Source: an uncultured cyanobacterium (GTDB taxonomy: Bacteria > Cyanobacteriota > Cyanobacteriia > Cyanobacteriales > Cyanobacteriaceae). Taken from it: a stretch of 64,000 nt of DNA. The translations under genes were made by a program, and so were the position numbers. The DNA lies in the NCBI GenBank assembly GCA_963710605.1, contig CAVQBA010000002.1, positions 128,001-192,000 of the forward strand, read 5' to 3'. Below, piece after piece: positions 9,789 through 20,660 of the stretch. A model generated the notes under the pieces. That model was not told the DNA's origin. It made no database searches and saw only the letters and a program-made list of their open reading frames with translations. Numbering within the stretch: the stretch's first letter is position 1; the number at the start of each line of letters is the position of its first letter.

Positions 9789-10336
9789 TTATTCATTAAC
9801 GATTTCTTGAGGTATTTGTGGTATGTTATCTACTCCCCAATTAGACGGATAAATTCCTTGAGCAATAAAGCGATGAATGGTTGAAAACTGCCAATCTTTC
9901 TTGTGCCGATCGACATAATTGATGACGAACCGAATTATAATGTATCTAATCACAATGTCGAGCAAAATCTTTTTCATCTCTAATCAAATGCTCTCAAAAT
10001 CTTCTTGCCAAAGATTACTTTCTTTTCGTTTTTGTCTTGAAGCAGAAATATTTCTCTTGATGCCTAATTGTTGAGCGTAATGTTTGCTGACAAATGTTTT
10101 GATTAAACGAATACGAGTAGATAAATCCCCATCCCCTTGTGGAAGAGTCCATACACAATGAAAATGCTCTGGTAACAAAACAAAAGCATCAATGGAAAAA
10201 GGATATTTTTGACGTACTTTATCGATCGCCTCTCTCAGAGCCTTCCGTGCAATTTTACCATACACGTTGTCTTTGGTAAGTTACTTGGGTAATAAAATAA
10301 GTACCACCACGAAGAATTGATACGTCAATATTTAGG
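9789..10336 (-). pseudogene. REP-associated tyrosine transposase (RAYT, IS200-like Y1 HUH), decayed
   Basis: GGTYFITQVTYQR, AFVLLPEHFHCVWTLP (HUH), LWQ/RRF*EHLIRDEKDFARHCD*IHYN, DWQFSTIHRFI; several stops and frameshifts. Confidence 0.9.
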
Positions 10337-10537
10337 CTGAAAAAGTATATTTAATTTTTATAATTTGATCGTTTTCTATTTTAAAGGAAAGAATTTTGAA
10401 GAGACAAAAAGGTCGATTACGATCGTCGCAGATTGTAGGGTGCGTTCTTTTTTTTGATAATAGTGGGATAGATTCAAGAAAGGAGAATTGACTATTTAGA
10501 TTCTCCATTCTTAATTCTTTTTTTCCTTATCTATTAT

Positions 10538-11215
10538 CTAAGATACTTTTTGATTAATTTTCATATTAGGAGGGCGGTTAGTAGGTTGAGAATTTTGATA
10601 TACTTGTTGGCGACCATTTGTTGTAATTCTTAACATTTCGCTCAAATCCCGTTCAAGTTTTAATAACACAGAATCGGTATAGTTATCAGCTTCACGGTGT
10701 ATTTCATCAGCTTCAACTAGAGCTTGTTTTTTCATTTGAATAACTTCTTGCTGAATTTTCTTGCGTATTTGTTCTACTTCAGACATCGTCTTACGTTGTA
10801 GATTTTCGCAATCAGTTTGTACTTGTTTTTTGATTTGATATGCTTGGTTTTCTGCTTGTTTAGTAATTCTAGATTCATCAAGCAATTGACTAGCTTTATT
10901 ACGTGCATCGGTGACTATTTTTTGAGCATAATTTTGGGCATCAGCGATCATTTTTTCTCTTTGTGCCAAAATATCTACTGCTTGTGCGTAGCAGTCTGGG
11001 ATATTAATACGTATATCATCTAATTGACGAGTGATCGCTTCTTCATCAACTAAAGTTTTGTTAATGAAAGGAATACTAATGCCATCCATTACCATGTCTT
11101 CTAAACGATCGATTTCTTCGATTATAAGAAAACCAATTTCTTCTACATGGGGAGGATTTGGAAGGTTAGAAGCTTGATTTTGCGGTTGTTGAGAGTTGAT
11201 AGGAGTATTACTCAT
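10538..11215 (-). CDS. DivIVA-like cell division protein (Cdv3-like)
   Basis: IDRLEDMVMDGISIPFINKTLVDEE followed by a long coiled coil, ADNYTDSVLLKLE. Confidence 0.75.
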   Translation of the reverse strand: MSNTPINSQQPQNQASNLPNPPHVEEIGFLIIEEIDRLEDMVMDGISIPFINKTLVDEEAITRQLDDIRINIPDCYAQAVDILAQREKMIADAQNYAQKIVTDARNKASQLLDESRITKQAENQAYQIKKQVQTDCENLQRKTMSEVEQIRKKIQQEVIQMKKQALVEADEIHREADNYTDSVLLKLERDLSEMLRITTNGRQQVYQNSQPTNRPPNMKINQKVS

Positions 11216-11876
11216 GATTATAATTTTACCAATTATTGCGGTTACAATGCCTTTTGTTTAATAAGTCAAATATTATCGAAATAATTAAGACTATATCTCA
11301 AAGTGTAGAAAAAGAATATATTAATTTTAGTTCAAGAATATCTTAATTTTACAATTGCTGGTTTTTTGCCATTAGCCGTGATTAATCCGTTGACATTTTT
11401 TGATGATTATTTTTACTTTTTGCTTTTAATATAGCTTTTTTGATACTCTTGAAATATATTCAACATTTAGTTAAATAAAGTTAGAAACAATTAGCGAGTT
11501 AAAACTCAAATATAACAATAGGTAATAAATAGTTATAACAGCTAAATAGCATTTTGGGAAAACTATTCTCTTTTATCGCCTGTTAGCTCAACTAACTAAT
11601 TATCAAAACTAAGATACTCTAATTATTTTTCTGATATTTGAATGGCTTTTATTTATTTGGTATTATAGCCAAGAATAATTGAGACAAATGACGATCGTTA
11701 TCTATCTAAACACGGCTAATTATTAACTATTCGTTAGACTCTATTCACAATTACCTTATTCTTAACACTTAACACCTAATACCTCGTATTTGTAAAGATG
11801 TTTTCGATAAACGTCTCTATTTGTTTTGCTACACTAGAGGTAATCAATAATTTTAGGTTCTCAGTAATTATTAATT

Positions 11877-12206
11877 ATGGCTAATAATTCAGAAAATATC
11901 TTACAAAAGGCTTTTTATTTGGGTGTTGGGATGGCAGGTTTAGCAGTAGAAAAAGCAACCGACACATTACAAGAATTAAAAAAACAAACAGAAGCGATCG
12001 CATCTTATCCTGATTTTCCCCAAAAACTACAGCAAATTGCCGATGGAATGGTGGCTAAAGGTAAAATGAGTACTGAAGAAGCTCGTAAATATGTCGATGA
12101 AATACTTCTTCAACAACAATCTTCTACCACTTCTGTGGTTAATGAATCAACTACTACTACTAGCTCACCTAGAACGATCGATATCGTAGTTGATGATGAT
12201 GAATAA
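11877..12206 (+). CDS. Phasin-like small protein
   Basis: LQKAFYLGVGMAGLAVEKA...MVAKGKMSTEEARKYVDE. Confidence 0.65.
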   Translation: MANNSENILQKAFYLGVGMAGLAVEKATDTLQELKKQTEAIASYPDFPQKLQQIADGMVAKGKMSTEEARKYVDEILLQQQSSTTSVVNESTTTTSSPRTIDIVVDDDE

Positions 12207-12498
12207 ATATTTGACTAAACCTTATGTTAATTAATTGGCAATAAATTTCTCGAATTAGCTTTGGTATTTTTGCATATATTGATTGTCGTGAAAATATTCC
12301 CTAAAGAATAATGTGGCTTAAACTCAAAAGTAAATAGAGTAAAAACTAAGTAAAATTAACTTGTTGACTAATATAAATCAATCACTATAACAACAATCTA
12401 ATCTTGCCTAGAAAATTTATTGACAAATATTTAAACAAACAATAAGAACAAAATTAAGATAAATTATAACTAACTAATCGCTATACAAATTAAAAAAG

Positions 12499-12963
12499 AT
12501 GGATAATTGGGAAGACAGTTTTAATAAATGGTTAGCAGATGTTCAAAAAAACTTCGATAATTTCTCAGAAAATATTGATACAGATATCGATAAAACCGTT
12601 GAGATAGCTAATCAAGAAATTGATAAGTTGATGGAAGAATGTGAAGAATACATAGAAGATATATCGATCGAATTCAACCATGCCTTGGTGGAAACAGAGA
12701 CATTTTTCAACCAATTTCTTCACTTATTGCTAGATTTCGATTTAGACGGTGATGGAGATTCTAGAGATTATAATATTGGTAATTGGGAAGATTGGTTTCC
12801 TGAGCATGACGAACAACCTAAACCTAATCCAAGAAAGCACCCTGCTTGTGTTGGATGTAATAACTATCATGGTTATATTTATGGTGGTGATTTATTAGTT
12901 TGTGCAATGCACCCGTATGGTTGGGAAGGAGAAAAATGCCCTGATTGGCAAGCCCCTAATTAA
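12499..12963 (+). CDS. Hypothetical protein, acidic N-terminus with Cys/His-rich C-terminus
   Basis: HPACVGCNNYHG...LVCAMHPYGWEGEKCPDW. Confidence 0.7.
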   Translation: MDNWEDSFNKWLADVQKNFDNFSENIDTDIDKTVEIANQEIDKLMEECEEYIEDISIEFNHALVETETFFNQFLHLLLDFDLDGDGDSRDYNIGNWEDWFPEHDEQPKPNPRKHPACVGCNNYHGYIYGGDLLVCAMHPYGWEGEKCPDWQAPN

Positions 12964-13090
12964 GAAGTAAAAAGTAAAAAGTATGTTTAGTCGAAAAAAC
13001 TAAATATACCCTCTTTAAAAAGAGAAAGCAAAACAGATTACTATCAGGGCAATTGATAGTTAATCATTAAGAATCTAAAATATTAATTAT

Positions 13091-13753
13091 TTACTCTTCT
13101 AGGTTGTCTATTGAGTGAAGTTGATTAATTTTTTCAGCACAAATTTGAGTAGTAGCTTCTAACTGCTCTTTTTTTGTCGAAGAAGGAGGTGCGATAATCT
13201 CACCAATTCTCACTTCAACACGAATCAACTTAGGTAACTTACTTCCTCGTTGCAAAATTTTATCCGTACCATAAAGACACACAGGTAAAAGAGGGGCTTG
13301 TGTTTTAGCCGCAATCAATGCCGCACCTAATTTAGGCTCATGTATTTTGGCGTCGATCGTTCTTTTTCCTTCTAAAAAAATACCCGTTGCCCAACCTTCT
13401 TCGATACGGGCAATTGCTTGTCTGATAGCACGCCGATCAAATCCTGCTCGATTAACAGGATAAGCACCCAAAGAAGTAATCAGTTGACTCAAACCATTGA
13501 CAGCAAATAGTTCTTGTTTAGCCATATAAGAAACAGGACGAGGAATAGCCGCCGAGATAAGGGGGGGATCAAAAACACTAGCGTGATTACTAACAACGAT
13601 CAATTTACCTTCTAGAGGAACTTTTTGCGCACCAATAACCTTGCCTCGAAAATAAATATTAAAAAATGGCTTAACAATGATATTGTTGACTAAATTATAA
13701 ACCGTTTTACCTGTTTGGACTATTTCTACAGGATTAGTAATATTTTTATTCAT
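13091..13753 (-). CDS. plsC: 1-acyl-sn-glycerol-3-phosphate acyltransferase
   Basis: VSNHASVFDPP (NHxxxxD), MAKQELF, IFLEGKR. Confidence 0.9.
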   Translation of the reverse strand: MNKNITNPVEIVQTGKTVYNLVNNIIVKPFFNIYFRGKVIGAQKVPLEGKLIVVSNHASVFDPPLISAAIPRPVSYMAKQELFAVNGLSQLITSLGAYPVNRAGFDRRAIRQAIARIEEGWATGIFLEGKRTIDAKIHEPKLGAALIAAKTQAPLLPVCLYGTDKILQRGSKLPKLIRVEVRIGEIIAPPSSTKKEQLEATTQICAEKINQLHSIDNLEE

Positions 13754-13860
13754 AAGAATTATTTATATTTTTGAGAATTAATATTTTTACCGAAAGACAA
13801 AGTTGTTGTTACAATACGGGGGATCAGTTTAAGCTTATTTCCTCAACTCATTCATTATTT

Positions 13861-14778
13861 ATGCTTAAAAAACAGAATATTTTTAATTTACTTTCTATTT
13901 GTGCTGTTTTAACCACTACTTCTGTCTCAGCACAGCCAATAGTGACTGAAATAGAGCCAATCAGACCGATACAAGAGTTTACGACTACCCCTTTATCTAC
14001 CTCTGTCTCTACACCTACATCTATTCCTATTTATGTACCTCTACCTGAAAAATCACAATCTACAGGATATTGTAGTACTGTTTTAGCTCCTAAGATCGAA
14101 AATGTGATTCGACGTTATGGAGGAGGATGGGGTATTCTGGTTCAAAAACTAGATGATGGACAAACAATCTATCATTACAATGCCGATCGACATTTTATTC
14201 CTGCTTCTAATATGAAGTTGTTAACAACCGCCGCCGCATTGCAAAGAATCAATCCGAATACTAAAATAAGTGCTAATAAATCTTTAACTGAATGGGTTCA
14301 AATTACTAATCTTCGTAGTAATAACTATTATGCCGATACATTATTAAAAAAATTAGGTGGTGGTAGTGTAGCTAAAACTACTTTAACCAATTTAGGTGTC
14401 AATCCCGGTGGTTTTCATTTTGCTGATGGTTCGGGTTTATCTCGTCGTAATATCGCTACACCTAGAGTTTTAGTTGATACTCTTAGAGTAATGTATAGTG
14501 ATCCTAATCGGGATATCTTTTTTGCTTCTTTACCAACTGCTGGGGTGAGTGGCACTTTACGTAATCGGATGAAAAAAACCCCTGCTCAAGGTCTAGTTCA
14601 TGCTAAAACAGGTACTCTAAGAGGTGTAAGAGCATTGTCAGGTTATTTAGATCATCGAGAATATGGAACTTTGATTTTTAGCATTCTAGCGAATCATCCG
14701 AGTCAATCTGGCACAAGCTTAGTTAAAGCGATCGATGAAATCGTTTTAAGTATTAATACCACTTCAACTTGTCAATAA
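13861..14778 (+). CDS. Short peptidase S13 D-Ala-D-Ala carboxypeptidase
   Basis: PASNMK (SxxK), SNN (SxN), DGSGLSR, AKTGTL; signal peptide; lacks the internal domains seen in the 33869 paralog. Confidence 0.85.
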   Translation: MLKKQNIFNLLSICAVLTTTSVSAQPIVTEIEPIRPIQEFTTTPLSTSVSTPTSIPIYVPLPEKSQSTGYCSTVLAPKIENVIRRYGGGWGILVQKLDDGQTIYHYNADRHFIPASNMKLLTTAAALQRINPNTKISANKSLTEWVQITNLRSNNYYADTLLKKLGGGSVAKTTLTNLGVNPGGFHFADGSGLSRRNIATPRVLVDTLRVMYSDPNRDIFFASLPTAGVSGTLRNRMKKTPAQGLVHAKTGTLRGVRALSGYLDHREYGTLIFSILANHPSQSGTSLVKAIDEIVLSINTTSTCQ

Positions 14779-14878
14779 GAATTTAAGTAAAGTAAAGTTA
14801 TGTTGTAAATTTTACTATTATTGCTTCATTAATGTTAATTAATAATAAAAGTTCAATGTAATTGTTAGCAAAATACTA

Positions 14879-15265
14879 ATGCAAGTTTACGTTCTTTTAT
14901 ATAATGTTGGCACCGTCAACGAAGGTATCCACACAATTCAAATTGCCAATCAAGATATGGTATTAATGTTTGAATCTGAAGATGATGCTACTCGTTACTC
15001 CATCTTACTAGAAGCCCAAGACTTTATGACTCCTTCTGTTGAAAAGATTGATAGTCAGGAAATAGAAGATTTTTGTCTTCAGGCAGGTTATCAAACCAAG
15101 TTAGTCACCGAAGGAATGTTAGAAATTCCTCCAGAAACAAACGTTGATAGTACCGATTGGAATCAAACAGGAAAATATTCGCCACCTGAAGAATCTAAAT
15201 CTCCCGAACAAGTGCAATCTGCGGAATTAGAACGTATTCGTCGTCAGTTAGAAGGATTGCTTTGA
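14879..15265 (+). CDS. DUF3110-like protein
   Basis: VYVLLYNVGTVNEGIHT, VLMFESEDDATRY, LERIRRQLEGLL. Confidence 0.8.
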   Translation: MQVYVLLYNVGTVNEGIHTIQIANQDMVLMFESEDDATRYSILLEAQDFMTPSVEKIDSQEIEDFCLQAGYQTKLVTEGMLEIPPETNVDSTDWNQTGKYSPPEESKSPEQVQSAELERIRRQLEGLL

Positions 15266-15780
15266 AGATAATTAATCATCAATAATTAAAGAACTTCATT
15301 GTCTATTATTGTATTACTTCTGAGACTGTCGGGAAAAACTAATTTTCACCAATCTAAGACTTTTATACCGAAAGAGTGTATAAGCTCGTTTTTAAGACAA
15401 TGATTATTAGATGTGTATCAACTAACTACTTGTTAAAAGACTGATTAATTAAAATAAATTGAAAAATAAGCGTATATTCAAAAATATGATCTTCTTAACA
15501 ATCTTTTTAGATGATCTTAGTTGATAACTTTTATGAGTAAATTCTTAAGATAAGAGCAAAAAATATAATAATAGATTTGTCAATAATTAATCAGAACAAA
15601 TATTATTCTGACATTATTGTTAATAATATTTAGTTAGCTCAAAATAAAGTTATTACAAAATAAACATTCTGAAATTCGGCATCTTATTTTATAGTAAAAC
15701 AATGATACTTAACGTAGATTAAAAATTAATTATTGAGTAAAAAATATTACTAATTATTTTGCTTCTTAACATTTTCGATT

Positions 15781-16236
15781 ATGAACGAAAAAACAATCTA
15801 TCTTTTTTTAGCTTTAGTAGGTGGGGCAGTTATTCCCGTTCAAATTGCCTTAAATAGCCTCTTACGTGGATACGTTGGCGAAGCAATGCAAGTAACATTT
15901 ATCTCTTTTTTAGCAGGTACACTTACTTCTTTTATAGTTTGTTTGATTGCACAATATCAAATTCCGCAAATATCAACTTTAACTCAAACATCTTGGTGGA
16001 TGTGGATTGGTGGATGTTTGGGTACACTTTATGTGTTGTCAACTATTTTGGCTACTCCTAAAATAGGAGCGGCTTTTACTTTAGCTTTAACTATTGCAGG
16101 TCAAATGATCATAGCACTATTTTTAGATCATTATGGAGCAATTGGTTTAACAAAACAAGCCGCTAACCCAACTAGAATCACTGGTGTTGTTTTAGTTATT
16201 TTAGGTGTATCTTTAGTTGCATATACCAAAAAATAA
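15781..16236 (+). CDS. DMT family transporter (YdcZ-like)
   Basis: Five TM segments, WWMWIGGCLG, AGQMIIALFLDHYG. Confidence 0.85.
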   Translation: MNEKTIYLFLALVGGAVIPVQIALNSLLRGYVGEAMQVTFISFLAGTLTSFIVCLIAQYQIPQISTLTQTSWWMWIGGCLGTLYVLSTILATPKIGAAFTLALTIAGQMIIALFLDHYGAIGLTKQAANPTRITGVVLVILGVSLVAYTKK

Positions 16237-16755
16237 AGTTGATACAGATGATAAATAAATTGATAACTAATTACAAAATAAACTATTTTTACTCAAAATA
16301 ACTAGTAATATTAGTGTTTTTGAATAAATAAAAAAACTAAGTTTGAGTTTAGACTGAATATAGTTCTTAAGTACTATCACAGTAATAGTTAAATAATCAA
16401 TTTAATGGCGTTAATTAAATCAAAAGCCAAACATTAAATGGTAAATAAAAAAAGTTAACATTTATTTCTTAATTAAGTGGTGAGCAATTGCTGATAAACT
16501 AAACTAATAATTATCTGTCTGTTTTTTATGATATTTTTTTACTATTTATAGTAGGATATTAAATAATAATTAACGCTTATTGATAAGTATAAATATTATT
16601 TAATATTTATTTACCTAATAATAATTGATGTTTAGACTAATTAATAATAATAAAAAAACTAACCTTCGACTTACTGGTTATTTATAAAAAAATAATTTAA
16701 ATTATTGATAGTTGTTAGTGTAATCAATATTAATCCTTAATTTTTAGATAAAATT

Positions 16756-17643
16756 ATGACTCAACCAAATCAAAACGACAACATTGACATTCAAACAGAA
16801 ACTAACTCTGATGAAAATTTGATTGTGACATCAAATAAAGAAATGATTACTGATGAAGATTTAATTGTTACATCAACTGAAGAAGTTGTTTCGCCTTCAA
16901 TTTCTAAGACACCTTCTGTTTCCATGAATCAAAAAGTTGATAAACTTGGCGACTTTAGTTTAAATATACTTAGATCACTGGGTATTTTACGATTATCAGG
17001 TTATGTGTTACTAATCCTATTTTTTATGGATGCAGTAGAAATTTTAGTACCACCTCGATTTTTAAATCCAGAATGGGAATTTCAAACAATCGGACAATTT
17101 GTCGAAAGAGTACCGATTCCGTTAATTTCTCTTCTATTTATTTTTTATGGTGGTAAGTATTTACGCAAAGGTTGGGAATCGATCGTTTTATTTATTAGTT
17201 CGTGGTTAACATTATTAATAGGAATACTATTTTTAATTGCTGTACCTTTAGGTATCATTAATACATTTAGAATTGATAATACTGCTCAAACTAACATCAC
17301 TGAAGGCGCACAACAAAGATTAGAGGTTTTCCAGCAAGTAGAAGATAGATTAGATGATGTACAAACTACCGAACAAATGCAAGTTTTAATTGCTCAATTA
17401 AATAGTGGTAATGCACCTCGAATTGAAAATAATCAACAATTAGAATTAGCCAAAACAGAGCTAACTCAATTTATCGAGCAAAGTCGAAATAGACTTAATC
17501 GTGATGCTGAAGCGAGAAAAGGTCAAGCTCGAAGAAGGTTACTAAAAAGTTCTGTAAAATGGAATGTAGGTGCTTTGATTTCGGGAGTTTTGTTTATCGT
17601 AATTTGGAAGATGACTAAATGGGCAAGAGTAAAAGGAAGTTAA
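16756..17643 (+). CDS. HpsJ-family membrane protein
   Basis: PPRFLNPEWEFQTIGQFVERVPIPLI; three TMs, coiled coil, C-terminal TM. Confidence 0.7.
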   Translation: MTQPNQNDNIDIQTETNSDENLIVTSNKEMITDEDLIVTSTEEVVSPSISKTPSVSMNQKVDKLGDFSLNILRSLGILRLSGYVLLILFFMDAVEILVPPRFLNPEWEFQTIGQFVERVPIPLISLLFIFYGGKYLRKGWESIVLFISSWLTLLIGILFLIAVPLGIINTFRIDNTAQTNITEGAQQRLEVFQQVEDRLDDVQTTEQMQVLIAQLNSGNAPRIENNQQLELAKTELTQFIEQSRNRLNRDAEARKGQARRRLLKSSVKWNVGALISGVLFIVIWKMTKWARVKGS

Positions 17644-17729
17644 TCAGTTGACAATTGATAATTGACAATTGACAATTAATATTTTTTACTTCACTCTTTG
17701 TACTTATAGTTATTTCAATAAAGAGGTGA

Positions 17730-17866
17730 GACAGTAATAATAATTTGAAAAACGAAAGTCATTTACCCACCGTGTAATAAATTTCACGGCTAATAGATAT
17801 CGTTTAATAAATTAAACTAAGATTTAATTCGTCAAAATTGTCTCATTGTTATTTTAAATTACTATA
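17730..17866 (+). repeat. Dispersed double-hairpin repeat, copy 2 (long form)
   Basis: Core ccgtgtaataaatttcacggctaatagatatcgtttaataaattaaac; flanks also similar to 44310-44447. Confidence 0.75.
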
Positions 17867-17915
17867 ACTATAAATAAATTTTAAACTTGACTAATTTTTT
17901 GTTAGTTTTATCAAT

Positions 17916-20393
17916 TTATTTAAAGCCGAATTTGATTTTTAAGTTATCATCAATTTCGGCTATTTCAGTAATATCTATTCCTAATTTTTCGGCATCTTTA
18001 ATTGCTTTTTTATCGGCAGTATAGGCTATTTTTTCAGTTCTATATTCTGTCGGTAATTCTTGAGGTTTAACTTTAAGTTTAATTTTGGGATATTTACGAA
18101 AACTGATATTTCTTTCTTTACCTTGAGATTTTTTATTTAGTAATCCTTGTTGATATAACTCAAGTAGTTTTTGATGTAATAATTCTTGTCCTGTTTTTAA
18201 TTGTTGTATTTGCTGTTGAAGCATTTCGTTAATTTTTTTCTGTTTAGCGATCGTACTTACTATTGCTAATTCGTATTGATCATTTATCCAAGCGAAACCA
18301 TCAATATCAACGTTTAGTTTAGTCATCAAATTAAAAACTTCGTCTTCATCTTCAGTATTAATTAATTCTTGCCAAATTTGAGCCGCTAACGGATGATAAT
18401 TTTGCGGTAAATCTTGATAATCTTCTTCAACTACTTTAGTTGAATGAGAGCTAATATTTTGACTGATATTTTCAATGGATGATTGATAATCTTCTTCCTG
18501 ATTAAAATTATCGGTAGTCAAATGAGACTTTATCCATTCTGTTTTCATTTGGGCTAAAGACTCATCATAAAGTTGTAATATCTCCACGGAAGAGTGCATC
18601 TGTCTTTGTTGATAAATTTGTTGTAGTTGGGTTAATAACAAATGACGATTTTCGAGATCGGTATCTAGTTTTGAATATTGTTTGAATTGAAGATAAAATC
18701 GATTTAAACGATCGTCAAAGATATTTTGGCTTGAATTTGAGGTATTAATAAAAATCAGTTTTACTTGTCTTAAATCGCTATTTACACGAAGATAACTAAT
18801 TATTTCGGTTGCAAAAACGATCGCAATTTGCTCAACAGAAAGAGAAATCCCGTCAGCTAAAAAGACAGGAAAAGCGATCGACTCATAAGCACTAGTATCG
18901 GCTAAGGTGAGACAACGATGTACAATCGTTTGAATTAATTTTAAGTCAGTGAGTTGAGGATGCGCATAGTCATAAATCACAGCATGAAAAATAGTATCTA
19001 CCAATAAATTTCCGGCATTAGTGGTGATGATTTGCCCTAGTTGCTTAACGTTGGTTTGCTTTAATTGTTGAGTAATAGTTTTCCCGCCTTTAGTAACTAT
19101 TTCAGTAGCGATGGCTTCACTTAAAGATAAATCTCGATCGAGATAATTTATTAATACCTCTGTATTGATATTATCGATCGTGTTATATTCTAAAACCAAT
19201 TCAGTTTGATTGATGGTTGTATCCCAAAGCAGGTTACTAAAATTAGTCGAAGTCTGGGAATAATTACTAGTATTTAATTCAGTCGGATTTAATTGTAAAC
19301 CCTGTAAATTTTGCCAAGTGAGGGGTAAGCTAGCGGGATTTTGGCAGATAATAGGCAACCACGTGGCACAAGGATAGTCTTTTTCTAAAGGTTGTAATTT
19401 TTCTCTGGCTTGTCTGACGGCTAAATATAAAGGTTGATTATTAGCAAAACTTTGTAAAAATTGACGAATAAAAACGTGGGCAACCGCATCGGGTATCATT
19501 TCACCCATGACGATAATTTGGGCTAGATGTAAATTAGCTAAATCCTCGGCTAAACCAATTCCTTCACAAGAGTTAAAAATAGCAAGTCTTAAACCTTTAG
19601 CAATGGCTTTTTTTAGTGCTTTATTTAAGTCTTCGATTGTGATAATATCACTGTTGTTAAGGTGGAGTTTTCCTTCTCTAGTCTCTTGATTTGTACCGCT
19701 ATGCCCTGCAAAAAAAAGAATATCCCATTCTTGCTCATAAAGATGATTAAATAATTCTTCGGAGGTAGGAGTTACTAATGTAGTGATTTGAGCCGTTTTG
19801 AGATTACTGATAGCGTCTAAATCCGGTTGCAAGTCGATGCCTTCACTATTACCAAAAACAGCTAAAATTTTGATTTGGCTATGGTTTGCCGGAGGTAAAT
19901 TAATATTAGTATATTCGACAGGAGCGATCGCTACCTCAGCTTGAGGATAACGATTAAGAAAAGCATCAAAAAATAAATGCCAAGGAAGAAAACGTAATTC
20001 AGAAATATCAGTTTGTACCAAAAGACGAATCATATCTTGTGGATTTAACTCAGTCGAAAGTTTTTCACGCACTGTAGCAAAAGATTCTTGAGGGGAATTA
20101 TACCAACTAGATAACGCTACTTTTAATTGCGAAGCCGATTGCTGACAAGTATGGGTAATGTGGGTAATTTGTCTTGGGGATGAACCAAGTCTTACTTTTT
20201 GGTGTAAACTACGATAACTATTTTGCCATTGCTGATAATGTTGAGTAATAGGTTGGCAAGGAGGAAGTTTCCCTTTAATTGTGGTAAAAGGATGGGTAAT
20301 TCGATCGGGGTTATCTTCACAAATTTGGACGGTAACCGCAAATCCGTTGGCAAAATTACCTGATTCGATTTTAAACAGAATTAACTTACCCAT
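17916..20393 (-). CDS. CHAT (caspase-like) protease fused to a Macro-like domain and a C-terminal Siphovirus Gp157-like domain
   Basis: LRFLPWH, DILFFAGHS (His), LAIFNSCEG (Cys); TTNAGNLLVDTIFHAV...SIAFPV; PQELPTEYR...ADKKAIKDAEKLGIDI; ATG at 20393. Confidence 0.75.
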   Translation of the reverse strand: MGKLILFKIESGNFANGFAVTVQICEDNPDRITHPFTTIKGKLPPCQPITQHYQQWQNSYRSLHQKVRLGSSPRQITHITHTCQQSASQLKVALSSWYNSPQESFATVREKLSTELNPQDMIRLLVQTDISELRFLPWHLFFDAFLNRYPQAEVAIAPVEYTNINLPPANHSQIKILAVFGNSEGIDLQPDLDAISNLKTAQITTLVTPTSEELFNHLYEQEWDILFFAGHSGTNQETREGKLHLNNSDIITIEDLNKALKKAIAKGLRLAIFNSCEGIGLAEDLANLHLAQIIVMGEMIPDAVAHVFIRQFLQSFANNQPLYLAVRQAREKLQPLEKDYPCATWLPIICQNPASLPLTWQNLQGLQLNPTELNTSNYSQTSTNFSNLLWDTTINQTELVLEYNTIDNINTEVLINYLDRDLSLSEAIATEIVTKGGKTITQQLKQTNVKQLGQIITTNAGNLLVDTIFHAVIYDYAHPQLTDLKLIQTIVHRCLTLADTSAYESIAFPVFLADGISLSVEQIAIVFATEIISYLRVNSDLRQVKLIFINTSNSSQNIFDDRLNRFYLQFKQYSKLDTDLENRHLLLTQLQQIYQQRQMHSSVEILQLYDESLAQMKTEWIKSHLTTDNFNQEEDYQSSIENISQNISSHSTKVVEEDYQDLPQNYHPLAAQIWQELINTEDEDEVFNLMTKLNVDIDGFAWINDQYELAIVSTIAKQKKINEMLQQQIQQLKTGQELLHQKLLELYQQGLLNKKSQGKERNISFRKYPKIKLKVKPQELPTEYRTEKIAYTADKKAIKDAEKLGIDITEIAEIDDNLKIKFGFK

Positions 20394-20660
20394 AAATAAT
20401 GAATAATAAATAACGTACAATGAACAATTAATAATGAACAATGAATAATTAATTTACTAATTACTCTTATCCTGTCTCAATCTTAATCTAAACGACTATA
20501 ACTAATAATATAGCTAGTTATTAGAACTTACGCATTGACCCTAAATGTAGAGTAGGTAGTACCAAACTTTCTCCTACAGATAGCGTTAATAAAAGCTATT
20601 TTAATATTATTGTTATTTTCTTAATTCTTTTTGTAAACGACGATTGTAATTATTACTTTA

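Larger units (their letters stand above)
7837..10475. mobile_element. 2.6-kb cassette bounded by perfect 26-bp inverted repeats
   Basis: GAATCTATCCCACTATTATCAAAAAA (7837-7862) is the exact reverse complement of TTTTTTGATAATAGTGGGATAGATTC (10450-10475). Confidence 0.75.

Noticed and set aside
9050-9810. Short ORFs 9050-9247, 9202-9405, 9407-9673, 9475-9810
   Set aside because: By-products of the repeat and dual-coding region; no independent motifs.
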